64,000 nucleotides of DNA from Candidatus Latescibacterota bacterium (GCA_965204745.1 OZ242010.1:1280001-1344000); one strand, 5' to 3'; positions 1-9,263 are shown, counted from the stretch's first letter. A program made the numbers and translations. Notes: generated by a model from the sequence alone, not told the origin.

Positions 1-797
1 GGGTGGATGGTGCCGCCCCGGTCCGCCATGTTCGCGGCCATAATCGCCATGGAGAGGAGGATGGCGTCGAGTTCTGGCCCGGTGGCTTCGCAGAACAAAA
101 ACGCATCGCCCACTTCCACACGACCGAGTGTCTGGCTGTTGATCACCGGGGGCATGGAGAGCACTTCGCCGCGCGAATCGCGGATCAGGGGAAAGCGATC
201 TTTGCCCGCGAGGAGGTGCGAATACGCCCTGCCCGTGGGATGGTCGGACAAAACTTGCCGCAGGGTCATTGCGCGTTCAAACTCGAGCGGGACAAATGCA
301 GTCGCATCCGGATCGACCGCGTCGTAGCGCACGGGATAGGCGATGTCAGACGCATCGTAAATGCCGATGGCAACCGCGCTACGCCCGCGCCCGTACCCGT
401 CCGCGAGTTTTTCCTGCGCTTCGATGAGGGCTTTCAGCGCGGGTTCGTCTAGCCGAATGCCCTCGCAGGCAAAGGCCGCGATGTAGGGGCGGATGTGCTG
501 CAAACCGGGATCGACGATGACCTCCCGCTCTGCCCGCTGTGCATCAAAAAAGGGATACGGCGCGGATGACCCGTTGCCGGCCCTGGCTTCTCGATGGCTT
601 TTGAGCAAGCGCGCGAGGCCCTCTGCTGACCAGAGGTCCGGGCGGTTGGTGTCTTTGAGTTGAATGCGGAGCGCGTCGCCTTCTGCGGAGTCGATTTCGG
701 CTTTGGCGGTTTCGAGGGCCGCGCTCAGGCTTTCTGTGGAGTAGGTCTGACCTGCGAGGCGTTCAAGGTCGGCTTTGTCAACGGTGATTTTGGGCAT
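1..797 (-). CDS. pheT: Phenylalanine-tRNA ligase beta subunit, archaeal/eukaryal-type; 5' part only, runs off window start
   Basis: Manual translation from ATG 797: MPKITVDKADLERLAGQ...LKDTNRPDLWSAEGLARLLK. NRPDL motif within ~55 aa of the start (short N-terminus). Directly downstream of pheS; not in the ORF track. Confidence 0.9.
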   Translation of the reverse strand, partial: MPKITVDKADLERLAGQTYSTESLSAALETAKAEIDSAEGDALRIQLKDTNRPDLWSAEGLARLLKSHREARAGNGSSAPYPFFDAQRAEREVIVDPGLQHIRPYIAAFACEGIRLDEPALKALIEAQEKLADGYGRGRSAVAIGIYDASDIAYPVRYDAVDPDATAFVPLEFERAMTLRQVLSDHPTGRAYSHLLAGKDRFPLIRDSRGEVLSMPPVINSQTLGRVEVGDAFLFCEATGPELDAILLSMAIMAANMADRGGTIH

Positions 798-814
798 TGT
801 GGTTTCCCGTGCGA

Positions 815-2356
815 TTAGCGCGCGTTGCGGAGCAGATCGAGGTCCGTGCTGAACAAGTCGCGGATGTCGCGGATGCCGAGTGCGACCATTGCCATGCGGT
901 CGAGGCCCAGGCCCCAGGCGATGACCGGGACATCCACGCCCAAGGGGTGCGTGAGTTCTGGACGGAACAAGCCCGCGCCCCCGAGTTCGATCCAGCCGAG
1001 GAGGGGGTGTTTGGCCTGCAATTCGACCGAGGGTTCGGTGAACGGAAAATAGTCGGGCACATAGCGCACGGCTTCGGCTTGCGCGATTTCAAGGGCGAAC
1101 AGTTTGAGCAAGCCGAGCAAGTTGCGAAAGTCGATGGTTTCCCCCAAGACAATGCCCTCGGCCTGCGTGAAGTCCGCCGCGTGCGTGGCATCCACGTCTT
1201 CGGGCCGGAAGCAACGCGCAAGGGCGAAGTATTTGCCCGGGATATTTGGATTTGACGCCAGGGTGCGTGCGGAGAGCGCGGTGCCTTGGCTTCGCAAAAT
1301 GAGGCGGCGGGATTGTTCGGGGTTGAATTTGTAACGCCAGCCGCGCGATCCGGTTTGGCCCCCGTTTTCATGCGCTTGGGCCACGTTGGAAAAATGGGGT
1401 TCTTCAATGCGTTTGGATTGCGCGGGTTCCGAGACGTAATACGCGTCGTGGATGTTGCGCGCAGCGTGAAACTGCGGCATGAACAGGGCGTCCATGTTCC
1501 AAAATTCGGTTTCGACCAGCGAGCCTTTCATTTCCTCAAACCCGAGTGCCATCAGCTTGCGGCGCGCGCTGTCGAGGTACGCCCGATAGGGATGGTGTTT
1601 GCCGATGAGCACGCGCGGCGGTTTGATCGAGAGATCGTATCGGCGAAAGGACGCGCCGCGCCAGGTGCCTTTTTGGAGCATGTCCGGGGCGAGGCGAGAG
1701 ATTTCATCGCCCGTGAGCTCGGCTTTGAGGACTTCGGCGAGCACGCGCCGGCCTTCTTCTGTGAGGCGATAGACCCGCTCTGTGCGTTCGTCCAAGCGCA
1801 CGGGTGACTTGCCTTTGCCGCGTTTGCGGGCGTTGGCGTGGATGTATTGGGCGATGTCCGGAGGAAAGTTGTCGAGTTCAATGTGGGTCGTCGCGTCGGA
1901 GAATTGGGCGAAGAGCTCGGGGATGAGCCGATCCGCGAACAAGGACGCACGAGCCGCGTCCGCGATGGTGATGTTCCCTTTGTCGAGATCGATGACGCCC
2001 TCTTTTTTGAGACCGCCAAACGCGCTGCCCCAAGCCCCTTTGTCAAAGCGTTGATCCGCTTGCAGGTCTTTGAGCGCGACCGGCCCCGCGCTTGCCCGCG
2101 TCAAGAGCGCGGTTTCCGGGGTCGCGCCTTTGGCGGCAAAGTCTTGCCCCACTTCTGTCAGCGAGACGGTTGTGCGCGTGGTTTCCGCGGTGATTTCGAG
2201 GAGGTCTTTGGAGATGAGCCACTCTACCGCACGCCGAACCTGCCCTTCGCCGAGGCCCTGTTGCAGTTGTGAGTCGGACAGGGCGGCATCGGCATGGCAC
2301 TCATAAGCGCGCAAGATGCGAATTTCGAGGGCGTGGAGAGATGCGAGGTCGAGCAA
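815..2356 (-). CDS. pheS: Phenylalanine-tRNA ligase alpha subunit, long archaeal/eukaryal-type (513 aa)
   Basis: Motifs WNMDALFMPQFHAAR, RCFRPEDVDATH, YFPFTEPS, ELGGAGLFRPE, AWGLGLDR; ~210-aa N-terminal extension; TTG start with AAGGAG RBS. Confidence 0.95.
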   Translation of the reverse strand: MLDLASLHALEIRILRAYECHADAALSDSQLQQGLGEGQVRRAVEWLISKDLLEITAETTRTTVSLTEVGQDFAAKGATPETALLTRASAGPVALKDLQADQRFDKGAWGSAFGGLKKEGVIDLDKGNITIADAARASLFADRLIPELFAQFSDATTHIELDNFPPDIAQYIHANARKRGKGKSPVRLDERTERVYRLTEEGRRVLAEVLKAELTGDEISRLAPDMLQKGTWRGASFRRYDLSIKPPRVLIGKHHPYRAYLDSARRKLMALGFEEMKGSLVETEFWNMDALFMPQFHAARNIHDAYYVSEPAQSKRIEEPHFSNVAQAHENGGQTGSRGWRYKFNPEQSRRLILRSQGTALSARTLASNPNIPGKYFALARCFRPEDVDATHAADFTQAEGIVLGETIDFRNLLGLLKLFALEIAQAEAVRYVPDYFPFTEPSVELQAKHPLLGWIELGGAGLFRPELTHPLGVDVPVIAWGLGLDRMAMVALGIRDIRDLFSTDLDLLRNAR

Positions 2357-2390
2357 GGAGAACTCCTTGGATCAGTTGTCAGTTGTCAGT

Positions 2391-3006
2391 TGTCAATGCG
2401 AATTAAGAGTTGGATCCATCGCGTACTTGTCCTTTCTTGAGGGCGCAACCCTTTCACCCTTAAAGGTAAGGAGCACGCGATGGATTGGCAAGATAAACTC
2501 ATTGACTTGTCTGTCTCTATTTGTCAGCAGTATGACCAAAAGCATCTGTGGTTTTATACACAACGCATGAGCAAGAACGACACGCCGACCTTCACAGATG
2601 AAGAAGTGCTGACGATCTCTTTGTTTGGGATCATGCAACAGCACACGCAGATCATGGCGATTGATACCTATACGAAGGATCATCTGTCCGACTGGTTTCC
2701 CAATCTGCCCACTTATGCAGGCTATCCTTAAAAGACACGCTTAGCAAGCAACAGAACCTGATCTTCGAGACGCCGGTGAAGCGAAAGAAGGGACAAGAAA
2801 GCCTGACCGAAGCCGAAAAAGACTTTTCTCGGGCGGTTTCGAGCATGCGACAGCCGATAGCGGCCTTGTTCAGTTGGATTGAACGAAAGACGAACCTCTC
2901 GAGGGCGTCTCGGGTACGATCAGAGGATGGCTTACTCGTTCATGTCTTTGGGCGATTGACCGCGGCTTGCTTCTTACTCGCTTTCTACTCTTAATTCGCA
3001 TTGACA
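2391..3006 (+). mobile_element. IS982-family element, internally deleted (non-autonomous)
   Basis: Perfect 20-bp inverted repeats TGTCAATGCGAATTAAGAGT (2391-2410 / 2987-3006). Transposase N-terminus (FTDEEVLTI, WFPNLPTY) joined to C-terminus (RQPIAALFSWI, VRSEDGLLVHVFGRL) with the core missing. Exact ends uncertain because they merge with heptamers. Confidence 0.8.
2480..2994 (+). pseudogene. IS982-family transposase remnant (fragments 2480-2731 and ~2732-2994)
   Basis: Stop at 2729-2731; total far shorter than a full IS982 transposase. Confidence 0.8.
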
Positions 3007-3027
3007 ACTGACAACTGACAACTGATC

Positions 3028-4077
3028 TTACTTGATTTCCAACATGCGTTCCACGGCTCTGAACGCGCGGATGCGGATATCTTCGGGCACTTCGATGATT
3101 TGCTCGTCGTTGAGCAGGGCATTGCGCGTGTCTTCAAGGGTGATTTCGTTCATGTGCGGGCAACGGATGCTGCACAGGCCCACCATCTCCTTGTCTGGAT
3201 TTTCCGCGGCGATGTTGTCGCCCATGCTGCATTCCGTCAACAGCAAGTACCGCTCCGCATTCATTTCGCGCACGTAATCCACCATGCGGGACGTGCTGCC
3301 GGAAAAGTCGGATGCGGCGACCACTTCTGGGCTGCATTCCGGGTGCGCGAGGACGACGACATCCGGGAATTGTATGCGGACGTTTTCAATGTCCTGTACC
3401 GTGAATTGCTCGTGGACTTCGCACCGCCCGTGCCAGCCGATCATTTCGTATTCAAGGCCGGGTTTGGGATCGGCAAACCCCGTTGTCGTGGGAAAGATGA
3501 TGCGTTTATCGGTTTCTCGTGCGACATTGGCGGCCAGGTATTCGTCGGGCAAAAAGATAATGGTGTCCGAGCCGAGCGATTCGACGACCTTGTGGGCATT
3601 GCCCGAGGTGCAACAAATATCGCATTCGGCTTTGACATCGGCATAGGTGTTGATATACGTGACGATGGGAACGCCCGGATATTGGTCGCGCAAGTTGCGA
3701 ACGTCTCGCGCCGTAATGCTCGCGGCCAGCGAACACCCGGCAACGCGCGCGGGCAAGAGCACGGTTTTGTCCGGGTTGAGAATTTTCGCGGTTTCGGCCA
3801 TAAAGCGCACGCCGCAAAACACGATGGGATCCGCGTCTGTCTCTGCGGCTTTGCGCGACAATTCGAGCGAATCGCCCACGACATCGGGCACGGAGTGATA
3901 AAGCGCGGGCTCCATGTAGTTGTGCCCGAGGATGATCGCCCCGCGCTCTTTTTTCAGGGTGTTGATTTCAAAAGCCAGTTCGGCTTTGTAGCGCAATTCG
4001 ATATCCGGCACAATGCCGTCCAATCGCTCGGCCATCTGTCGATAGGTCTCTTTTAAGGTGGTGGCAGTCAGTGCCAT
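3028..4077 (-). CDS. nadA: Quinolinate synthase A
   Basis: GHNY, GDSLEL, VFCGVRFMAET, GCSLA, YINT, CEVH, AHPEC, GSTS, TE, CPHM motifs; start set at ATG 4077 with CAGGAG RBS. Confidence 0.96.
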   Translation of the reverse strand: MALTATTLKETYRQMAERLDGIVPDIELRYKAELAFEINTLKKERGAIILGHNYMEPALYHSVPDVVGDSLELSRKAAETDADPIVFCGVRFMAETAKILNPDKTVLLPARVAGCSLAASITARDVRNLRDQYPGVPIVTYINTYADVKAECDICCTSGNAHKVVESLGSDTIIFLPDEYLAANVARETDKRIIFPTTTGFADPKPGLEYEMIGWHGRCEVHEQFTVQDIENVRIQFPDVVVLAHPECSPEVVAASDFSGSTSRMVDYVREMNAERYLLLTECSMGDNIAAENPDKEMVGLCSIRCPHMNEITLEDTRNALLNDEQIIEVPEDIRIRAFRAVERMLEIK

Positions 4078-4182
4078 AACAGTTCGCTCCTGTTGTTGGG
4101 GTCTTATGGGCTGTTTGAACAAAGATATAAAAAGATGGCCTTTGTTGCAAGGCTTGGGTTATCGGATACGCGGGAGTGAAAA

Positions 4183-5247
4183 ATGAAATTTGTGATTCGC
4201 GCAGGCGGGGTCGGCACGCGGCTGTGGCCCTTGAGCCGCGAGCACGACCCCAAGCAGTTTCACGCCTTGACTGGCGAGCGCACGATGTTGCAAGAGGCGG
4301 TTCACCGCCTGCGACCACTCGCGGCAATGGACGACCTGTACATTTCCACGAGCGCGACATTGGTGCATCGCGTGCGCGAACAAGTGCCCGAGTTGGCACT
4401 TGAAAACATCATCGTCGAACCGGCACAGCGCAATACCGGCCCCGCGGTGGGCTTGGAGTGCGCCTTATTGGAAGCCCGATTTCCCGGATGCGCGATAGCG
4501 AGTTTGGGATCGGATCACCACATCGGCGCGCCGGGGGAATTTTGCCGGCTGCTCAAAGTGGCAGAAGACGCACTATCAGATCGCGCCGAGACCCTGTTCA
4601 CGCTCGGCGTCAAACCCACGCGGGCCGACACGGGGTTTGGCTATCTCCAAAAGGGCGAGGTGATCGCCACGGTGAACGATGAGCCGATCTACGATGTGGC
4701 GGCATTTGAGGAAAAGCCCGATGCAGAGACCGCAAAGACCTACTTGGAGAGCGGTCGCTATTTGTGGAACAGCAATATGTTTGTGTGGAAAGCGAGCGCG
4801 ATGCTGCGTCTCTTCGCCGAGTTTGAACCCGAGATCTACGCCCTTCTCGAACAAATTGCCGCCGCCGTTGGCGTTGGACGCGAAGCCGAGGTCATTGCCC
4901 GCGTGTACCCGCAGATGAAAACCGCGACCATCGACCACGCGATTCTCGAGCGCGCCTCCCGTGTTGCGACCGTAGAGGCCGATATGGATTGGTGCGACCT
5001 CGGCGCGTGGGATGCGTTGAAAGAGGTGTTGCCCGCAGATGCGAATGGCAATATATTGCGTGGCAATGTGCTGTCGCTCAATGCCAAAAACGCGACGGTC
5101 TATGGCGGCAAAAACAAAGTGATCGCGTTGGTCGATGTCGAGGATTTAATCGTGGTTGACACAGGCGACGCCCTGCTTATTTTGCCCCGCGATAGGTCTC
5201 AGCGCGTGAAGGATGTGGTTGCGGCATTGGACGAGCGGTATGTGTGA
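4183..5247 (+). CDS. manC: Mannose-1-phosphate guanylyltransferase
   Basis: AGGVGTRLWPLSR..PKQF, EPAQRNTGPA, FEEKPD, WNSNMF, WCDLGAW. Confidence 0.88.
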   Translation: MKFVIRAGGVGTRLWPLSREHDPKQFHALTGERTMLQEAVHRLRPLAAMDDLYISTSATLVHRVREQVPELALENIIVEPAQRNTGPAVGLECALLEARFPGCAIASLGSDHHIGAPGEFCRLLKVAEDALSDRAETLFTLGVKPTRADTGFGYLQKGEVIATVNDEPIYDVAAFEEKPDAETAKTYLESGRYLWNSNMFVWKASAMLRLFAEFEPEIYALLEQIAAAVGVGREAEVIARVYPQMKTATIDHAILERASRVATVEADMDWCDLGAWDALKEVLPADANGNILRGNVLSLNAKNATVYGGKNKVIALVDVEDLIVVDTGDALLILPRDRSQRVKDVVAALDERYV

Positions 5248-5256
5248 CGAAAGGAG

Positions 5257-5751
5257 ATGGCTGTGAAAATTTGGCGTTTTTGTCTCGCGCTCTGCGCGTT
5301 CTTCCCATGCACGGGCAACGCGGCGTTTATCGACGGTGTGAATTTAGGCGGGGGCTTTATGTGGAATGACAGTGTTCGCCTGAAGTTCGCATCCGCAGGC
5401 GGGATAACCCTGCACGCCTCGGTGCATCTCAAGCCGCCGGGGCCGTTTATACTGACGCCGTTTTACGATGTGAGTTTTGCCAGCCCCGCGATGCACGTCT
5501 TGGGCACGGGTCTCAATTATACGATTGGCATGCGCGATTTTGAAGCCCACAAGCTGTTTGTCGGCCCCATCATCGGGCGGGTGATATCCGCAGGCGAATC
5601 TCAGAGTTTTTTCGGCGGGGAATTGGGATACAAATTTCCCATCGGCGAAAAACTCGGCCTGTTTGCCCGAGTCAAATACCTCGAAGATCAAAACGACATG
5701 GTCAGCGGATTTTCCGGGCACCTCGGGGCGACGTTCAAACTCTTTCCGTAA
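5257..5751 (+). CDS. Putative small outer-membrane beta-barrel protein
   Basis: Signal peptide, amphipathic beta strands, C-terminal GATFKLFP; AGGAG RBS. Confidence 0.55.
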   Translation: MAVKIWRFCLALCAFFPCTGNAAFIDGVNLGGGFMWNDSVRLKFASAGGITLHASVHLKPPGPFILTPFYDVSFASPAMHVLGTGLNYTIGMRDFEAHKLFVGPIIGRVISAGESQSFFGGELGYKFPIGEKLGLFARVKYLEDQNDMVSGFSGHLGATFKLFP

Positions 5752-5768
5752 CAAAACAGGAGCAAATC

Positions 5769-6509
5769 GTGAAACGCTACCTAATCGCAATGCTGATCCT
5801 GACTGCCCAAGTCAGCGCGGAAGATGCGGACGAGATGTCGACCGGCGATGGGAAAACAGACGCGGTCATGGTCGAGATTCAAAAACTGGTCCGGGAAATT
5901 GACCGTTGCGCCGGAACGCAAACGACCGTTATTCGCATTCAAGGCCAGGAATTGACGCTTCGGGCCAACGCGGCATTCAAGCGGCCCAACCTCATGCGCC
6001 TCGACACAGTGGAAGACGCGGAGATCATCGCCCAACGCCTATCAGACGGGGGCCTGATGTGGACGTATGACCGCGCCGAAAAAATCGCCTCCAAAGTGAA
6101 CCTCGGGCGCGTCTATCGCCTGACCGACCTCGAAGCGGATGCAGACCAAGCCGATCCCCTGCGCCCCTTTCGCGGCTTGGAATGGACGACCATCCGCTAC
6201 ACCGGTGACGAAATATTCGACGACCAACCCCACCGCGTCTTTGAGGCCAAACCCAAAGTCAATCTTTTGCACGCGCAACTGCACCTCCCGCTCGTCAAAG
6301 CACAACTGACCATCAACGCCGAAACCGGCCTGTTGCGCGAAACCCGGCTTTTTGATGCGTCGGACGACGAGATCATCGCGCAGACCTTTCACAACCTGAC
6401 CATCAACCCCGACCTAAAAGACGCGAAGTTTGAATTTATCGTGCCCTCGGGCGCCCATATTATCGACGCAACCGACGAGGCGATCCAAGCCCTCAAAGCG
6501 GTTGAGTAG
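5769..6509 (+). CDS. LolA-like periplasmic lipoprotein carrier/sorting protein
   Basis: Signal peptide; FKRPNLMR, SDGGLMWTYD and C-terminal NPDLKDAKFEFIVPSGA resemble the LolA fold. Confidence 0.75.
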   Translation: MKRYLIAMLILTAQVSAEDADEMSTGDGKTDAVMVEIQKLVREIDRCAGTQTTVIRIQGQELTLRANAAFKRPNLMRLDTVEDAEIIAQRLSDGGLMWTYDRAEKIASKVNLGRVYRLTDLEADADQADPLRPFRGLEWTTIRYTGDEIFDDQPHRVFEAKPKVNLLHAQLHLPLVKAQLTINAETGLLRETRLFDASDDEIIAQTFHNLTINPDLKDAKFEFIVPSGAHIIDATDEAIQALKAVE

Positions 6510-6530
6510 CGACTGATTGGGGAAGATCAC

Positions 6531-7037
6531 ATGACGACCAAATATTGGCGCGTTGCCCTCTTGGTCTGGATGGCCTTCATTTTTTTCCTGTCGGGCAACA
6601 GCCTATCATGGCAAAAGACGGAAAAATTAATCGTTGCTTTGCGACCTCCAACTCAGTCCAGCACATGGACCCCACAATCGAGCAAATTCATATTTGTGCA
6701 TACTGCGATCCGCAAATTTGCACACATCGCAGAATACGCTATCTTGGCCTATTTGTGGTTCCGCTCTCTTTGGACGAAGCCCGGGCGATTTGTCTCCTGT
6801 ATGCGATGGAGCGTTTTGCTATCCATTCTCTATGCCCTGTTGGACGAATGCCATCAATATTTTTTGTTTTCTCGCGATGGTCAATGGACCGATGTACTTT
6901 GGGACAGTGCGGGAATCGCCATGATGAGTCTGGTCTTGTGGTATGTGAAACGCACGGGAAAGGGCAAGTGGATTTTAGGCGCGAATGGCAACCAACGACC
7001 CCTTTTTGGCCTCTTTAGGAAAAGAGAGATTTCGTGA
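6531..7037 (+). CDS. VanZ-family membrane protein (copy 1)
   Basis: RKFAHIAEYAIL, YALLDECHQYF..R...TDVLWDS. Confidence 0.85.
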   Translation: MTTKYWRVALLVWMAFIFFLSGNSLSWQKTEKLIVALRPPTQSSTWTPQSSKFIFVHTAIRKFAHIAEYAILAYLWFRSLWTKPGRFVSCMRWSVLLSILYALLDECHQYFLFSRDGQWTDVLWDSAGIAMMSLVLWYVKRTGKGKWILGANGNQRPLFGLFRKREIS

Positions 7038-7471
7038 AAACAACACATTGGCGCGTCGCCTTGTTTGTATGGATGGTTGCTATTTTTGTCTTTTCAAGTA
7101 GCCTGCTGTCGGCTGAAAATACAGCGACATATTTATCTTTCTCTGACGATCCGATGTTTGTGGCGATAGCAAATTTTGGGCTACGCAAATTTGCACACAT
7201 CGCAGAATACGCCATCTTGACCTACTTATGGTTCCGTTCTCTGTGGACGAAGCCCGGTCGATTTGTTCCCTGTGTGTGGTGGAGTATGTTGCTATCCATT
7301 CTCTATGCGATGTCGGACGAATGGCATCAAACTTTTGTCCCCAGTCGCGAGGGCATTTGGACCGATGTGGTTTGGGACGCCATCGGAGTCGCAATGATGG
7401 GGCAGGTCTTGTGGTATGCGAAACGCACGGGAAAAGGACAGCGAATTTTAGGAGGCATTGGCGATCAATAG
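7034..7471 (+). CDS. VanZ-family membrane protein (copy 2)
   Basis: RKFAHIAEYAIL, YAMSDEWHQTFVPSR...DVVWD; GTGA overlap with copy 1. Confidence 0.87.
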   Translation: MKTTHWRVALFVWMVAIFVFSSSLLSAENTATYLSFSDDPMFVAIANFGLRKFAHIAEYAILTYLWFRSLWTKPGRFVPCVWWSMLLSILYAMSDEWHQTFVPSREGIWTDVVWDAIGVAMMGQVLWYAKRTGKGQRILGGIGDQ

Positions 7472-7562
7472 TCTTTTTTATGAGGATCCCCACCATGACC
7501 AAATCCGGAAAATTTGAACGGGTTGTCGCCAGTTGTACCCCGCTCGTGTTTTTGTAGCTAAA

Positions 7563-7668
7563 CTCGCCTCTTACGTCTCGCCTCTTACGTCTTGCCTCTT
7601 GCCTCTTGCCTCTTGCGTCTCGCCTCTTGCCTCTTACGTCTTGCCTCTTACGTCTTGCCTCTTGCCTT
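7563..7668. repeat. Degenerate heptamer array, family B (CCTCTTG/CCTCTTA/CGTCTCG), ~15 units
   Basis: Read directly. Same family at ~18325-18352, 23430-23460, 28355-28372, 29868-29920, 30816-30966, 32327-32355, 32660-32730, 50760-50787, 60860-60952, 63535-63560. Confidence 0.9.
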
Positions 7669-7679
7669 TAGGAGTTTTT

Positions 7680-8999
7680 ATGTCTCACCGCAACGTTCTT
7701 TTGCTCATCGCCGACGACTGGAGCCCCATTGCCGGATGCTATGGCAATGCGGTCATCAAAATGCCCAGCGTGGATGCGCTCGCCGCGCGCGGCACGTTAT
7801 TTCAAAATGCCTTTTGCACCACCCCGTCGTGTGCGGCCAGCCGCGCCAATTTGCTCACCGGGCACTACAGCCACACGCACGGGCAATACGGGCACTCGCA
7901 CGGGGTTCACAATTTTCACACGCACCTCACCATGCCGTCCATCCCCAAAGTCTTGCAAGCCGCGGGGTTCCAGACCGGCGTCGTGGGCAAACTCCACATC
8001 CAACCCGAGTCGGTGTATCCCTGGCACTACGAGGCCGGCGGCGGGCGCAATGTGCGCGCGATTGCTGACAATGTCGCCGCGTTTTTTGAGACGATTGACC
8101 GCGACCAACCCTTTTATCTGCACGTCGGTTTTTCCGATCCCCATCGGGATTTTGGCAATGCCCGAACCTATCCAGGAGTGCCCGAAACCGCGTATTCGCC
8201 CGACGAGGTCATCGTGCCCGATTTCTTGCCCGACCATCCGGATGTGCGCCGGGAATTTGCCGAATACTACCAATCCGTCTCGCGCTTGGACACGGGCATT
8301 GGCATGGCCGTGCGTGCGTTGCAAGCCGCGGGCCGCGCCGACGATACGATGATCGTCGTGATGAGCGATCACGGCATGCCGTTTCCGGGCGGCAAAGCCT
8401 CCTCGTTTGACACTGGCCACCACTGCCCCCTCATCATCACGCGGCCGAATGCAGAGGCCGTTGTCAGCGATGCCCTGGTCAACTGGAGCAACATCGCGCC
8501 GACTGTTTTTGACTGGTGCGGCGTTGATCCGCCCGAGGGGTTGCCGGAAAAATCCCTGTTGCCCGTTCTCGACCAGGCCCATCCCGAAGGCTTTGACGAA
8601 ACCTATTTTTCGCACACGTTCCACGAAGTCACCAACTACTATCCCTATCGCGTCTTGCGCGGCCGCAAATACAAATACATCCGCAACCTCTATCCGGAAC
8701 TCACCACCCCGTTGCCGAGCGACCTTTGGGCATCGCCCACATGGCAGGCCATTCGCAGGGAAAATTTGGAGATGGGCAAACGCCGCACGGAAAAATTTCT
8801 GCACCAAGACGCCGAGGCCCTGTTCGACATTGAAAACGATCCCATGGAATCCACCAACCTCATTGACGACCCCGCGCTTCAAGACATCGCCGAAACCATG
8901 CGCCAAAAAGTTCGCGCCTTCCGCACGGAAACCAAGGACCCATGGTGCCTCGCGTCTTACCACGCAGGCGAGCCGGGCATGCGGCCGGTGGTGAAGTGA
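7680..8999 (+). CDS. Sulfatase, N-sulfoglucosamine sulfohydrolase-like
   Basis: LIADD, CAASRANLLTG, GKLH, DPHR, SDHG; ATG 7680 with AGGAG RBS. The longer ORF start only reads through the heptamer array. Confidence 0.88.
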   Translation: MSHRNVLLLIADDWSPIAGCYGNAVIKMPSVDALAARGTLFQNAFCTTPSCAASRANLLTGHYSHTHGQYGHSHGVHNFHTHLTMPSIPKVLQAAGFQTGVVGKLHIQPESVYPWHYEAGGGRNVRAIADNVAAFFETIDRDQPFYLHVGFSDPHRDFGNARTYPGVPETAYSPDEVIVPDFLPDHPDVRREFAEYYQSVSRLDTGIGMAVRALQAAGRADDTMIVVMSDHGMPFPGGKASSFDTGHHCPLIITRPNAEAVVSDALVNWSNIAPTVFDWCGVDPPEGLPEKSLLPVLDQAHPEGFDETYFSHTFHEVTNYYPYRVLRGRKYKYIRNLYPELTTPLPSDLWASPTWQAIRRENLEMGKRRTEKFLHQDAEALFDIENDPMESTNLIDDPALQDIAETMRQKVRAFRTETKDPWCLASYHAGEPGMRPVVK

Positions 9000-9001
9000 A
9001 A

Positions 9002-9153
9002 TCAGTAGTCAGTAGTCAGTAGTCAGTAGTCAGTAGTCAGTAGTCAGTAGTCAGTAGTCAGTAGTCAGTAGTCAGTAGTCAGTAGTCAGTAGTCAGTAGT
9101 CAGTAGTCAGTAGTCAGTAGTCAGTAGTCAGTAGTCAGTAGTCAGTAGTCAGT
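9002..9153. repeat. Perfect tandem heptamer array (TCAGTAG)x21, family A (GTCAGTN)
   Basis: 21 perfect units plus TCAGT right after the sulfatase stop. Shorter family-A arrays at 2371-2395, 3002-3026, 16914-16926, 32311-32325, 33763-33895, 35078-35110, 38737-38750, 40121-40153, 44419-44432, 58251-58289, 60977-60992. Confidence 0.97.
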
Positions 9154-9172
9154 CCACCCAACCCCAAACCCC

Positions 9173-9195
9173 GTAGGGGCAGGCCCGTGCCTGTC
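9173..9195. repeat. GTAG-type REP palindrome (representative copy)
   Basis: GTAG followed by a GC-rich imperfect palindrome. Further copies at 9779-9805, 33731-33754, 37743-37770, 38690-38714, 40167-40192, 46410-46434, 50839-50865. Confidence 0.8.
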
Positions 9196-9218
9196 TTCGA
9201 TATCCATCTCAGAAAACG

Positions 9219-9261
9219 AACGCCCCGGCGATTTTGTGTCGTCGGGGCGTTTTATTTTTTT
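9219..9261 (+). terminator. Rho-independent terminator after the manC-to-sulfatase gene run
   Basis: Stem AACGCCCCGGCGA/TCGTCGGGGCGTT followed by a T-tract. Confidence 0.75.
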
Positions 9262-9263
9262 AA

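Noticed and set aside
7533-7679. N-terminal extensions such as LASYVSPLTSCLLPL (also 58261 MSVVSCQLS and 60813)
   Set aside because: Translations of heptamer arrays; better RBS-linked starts lie downstream.
9002-9153. CRISPR array or telomere
   Set aside because: No spacers, 7-bp unit, no cas genes, internal position.
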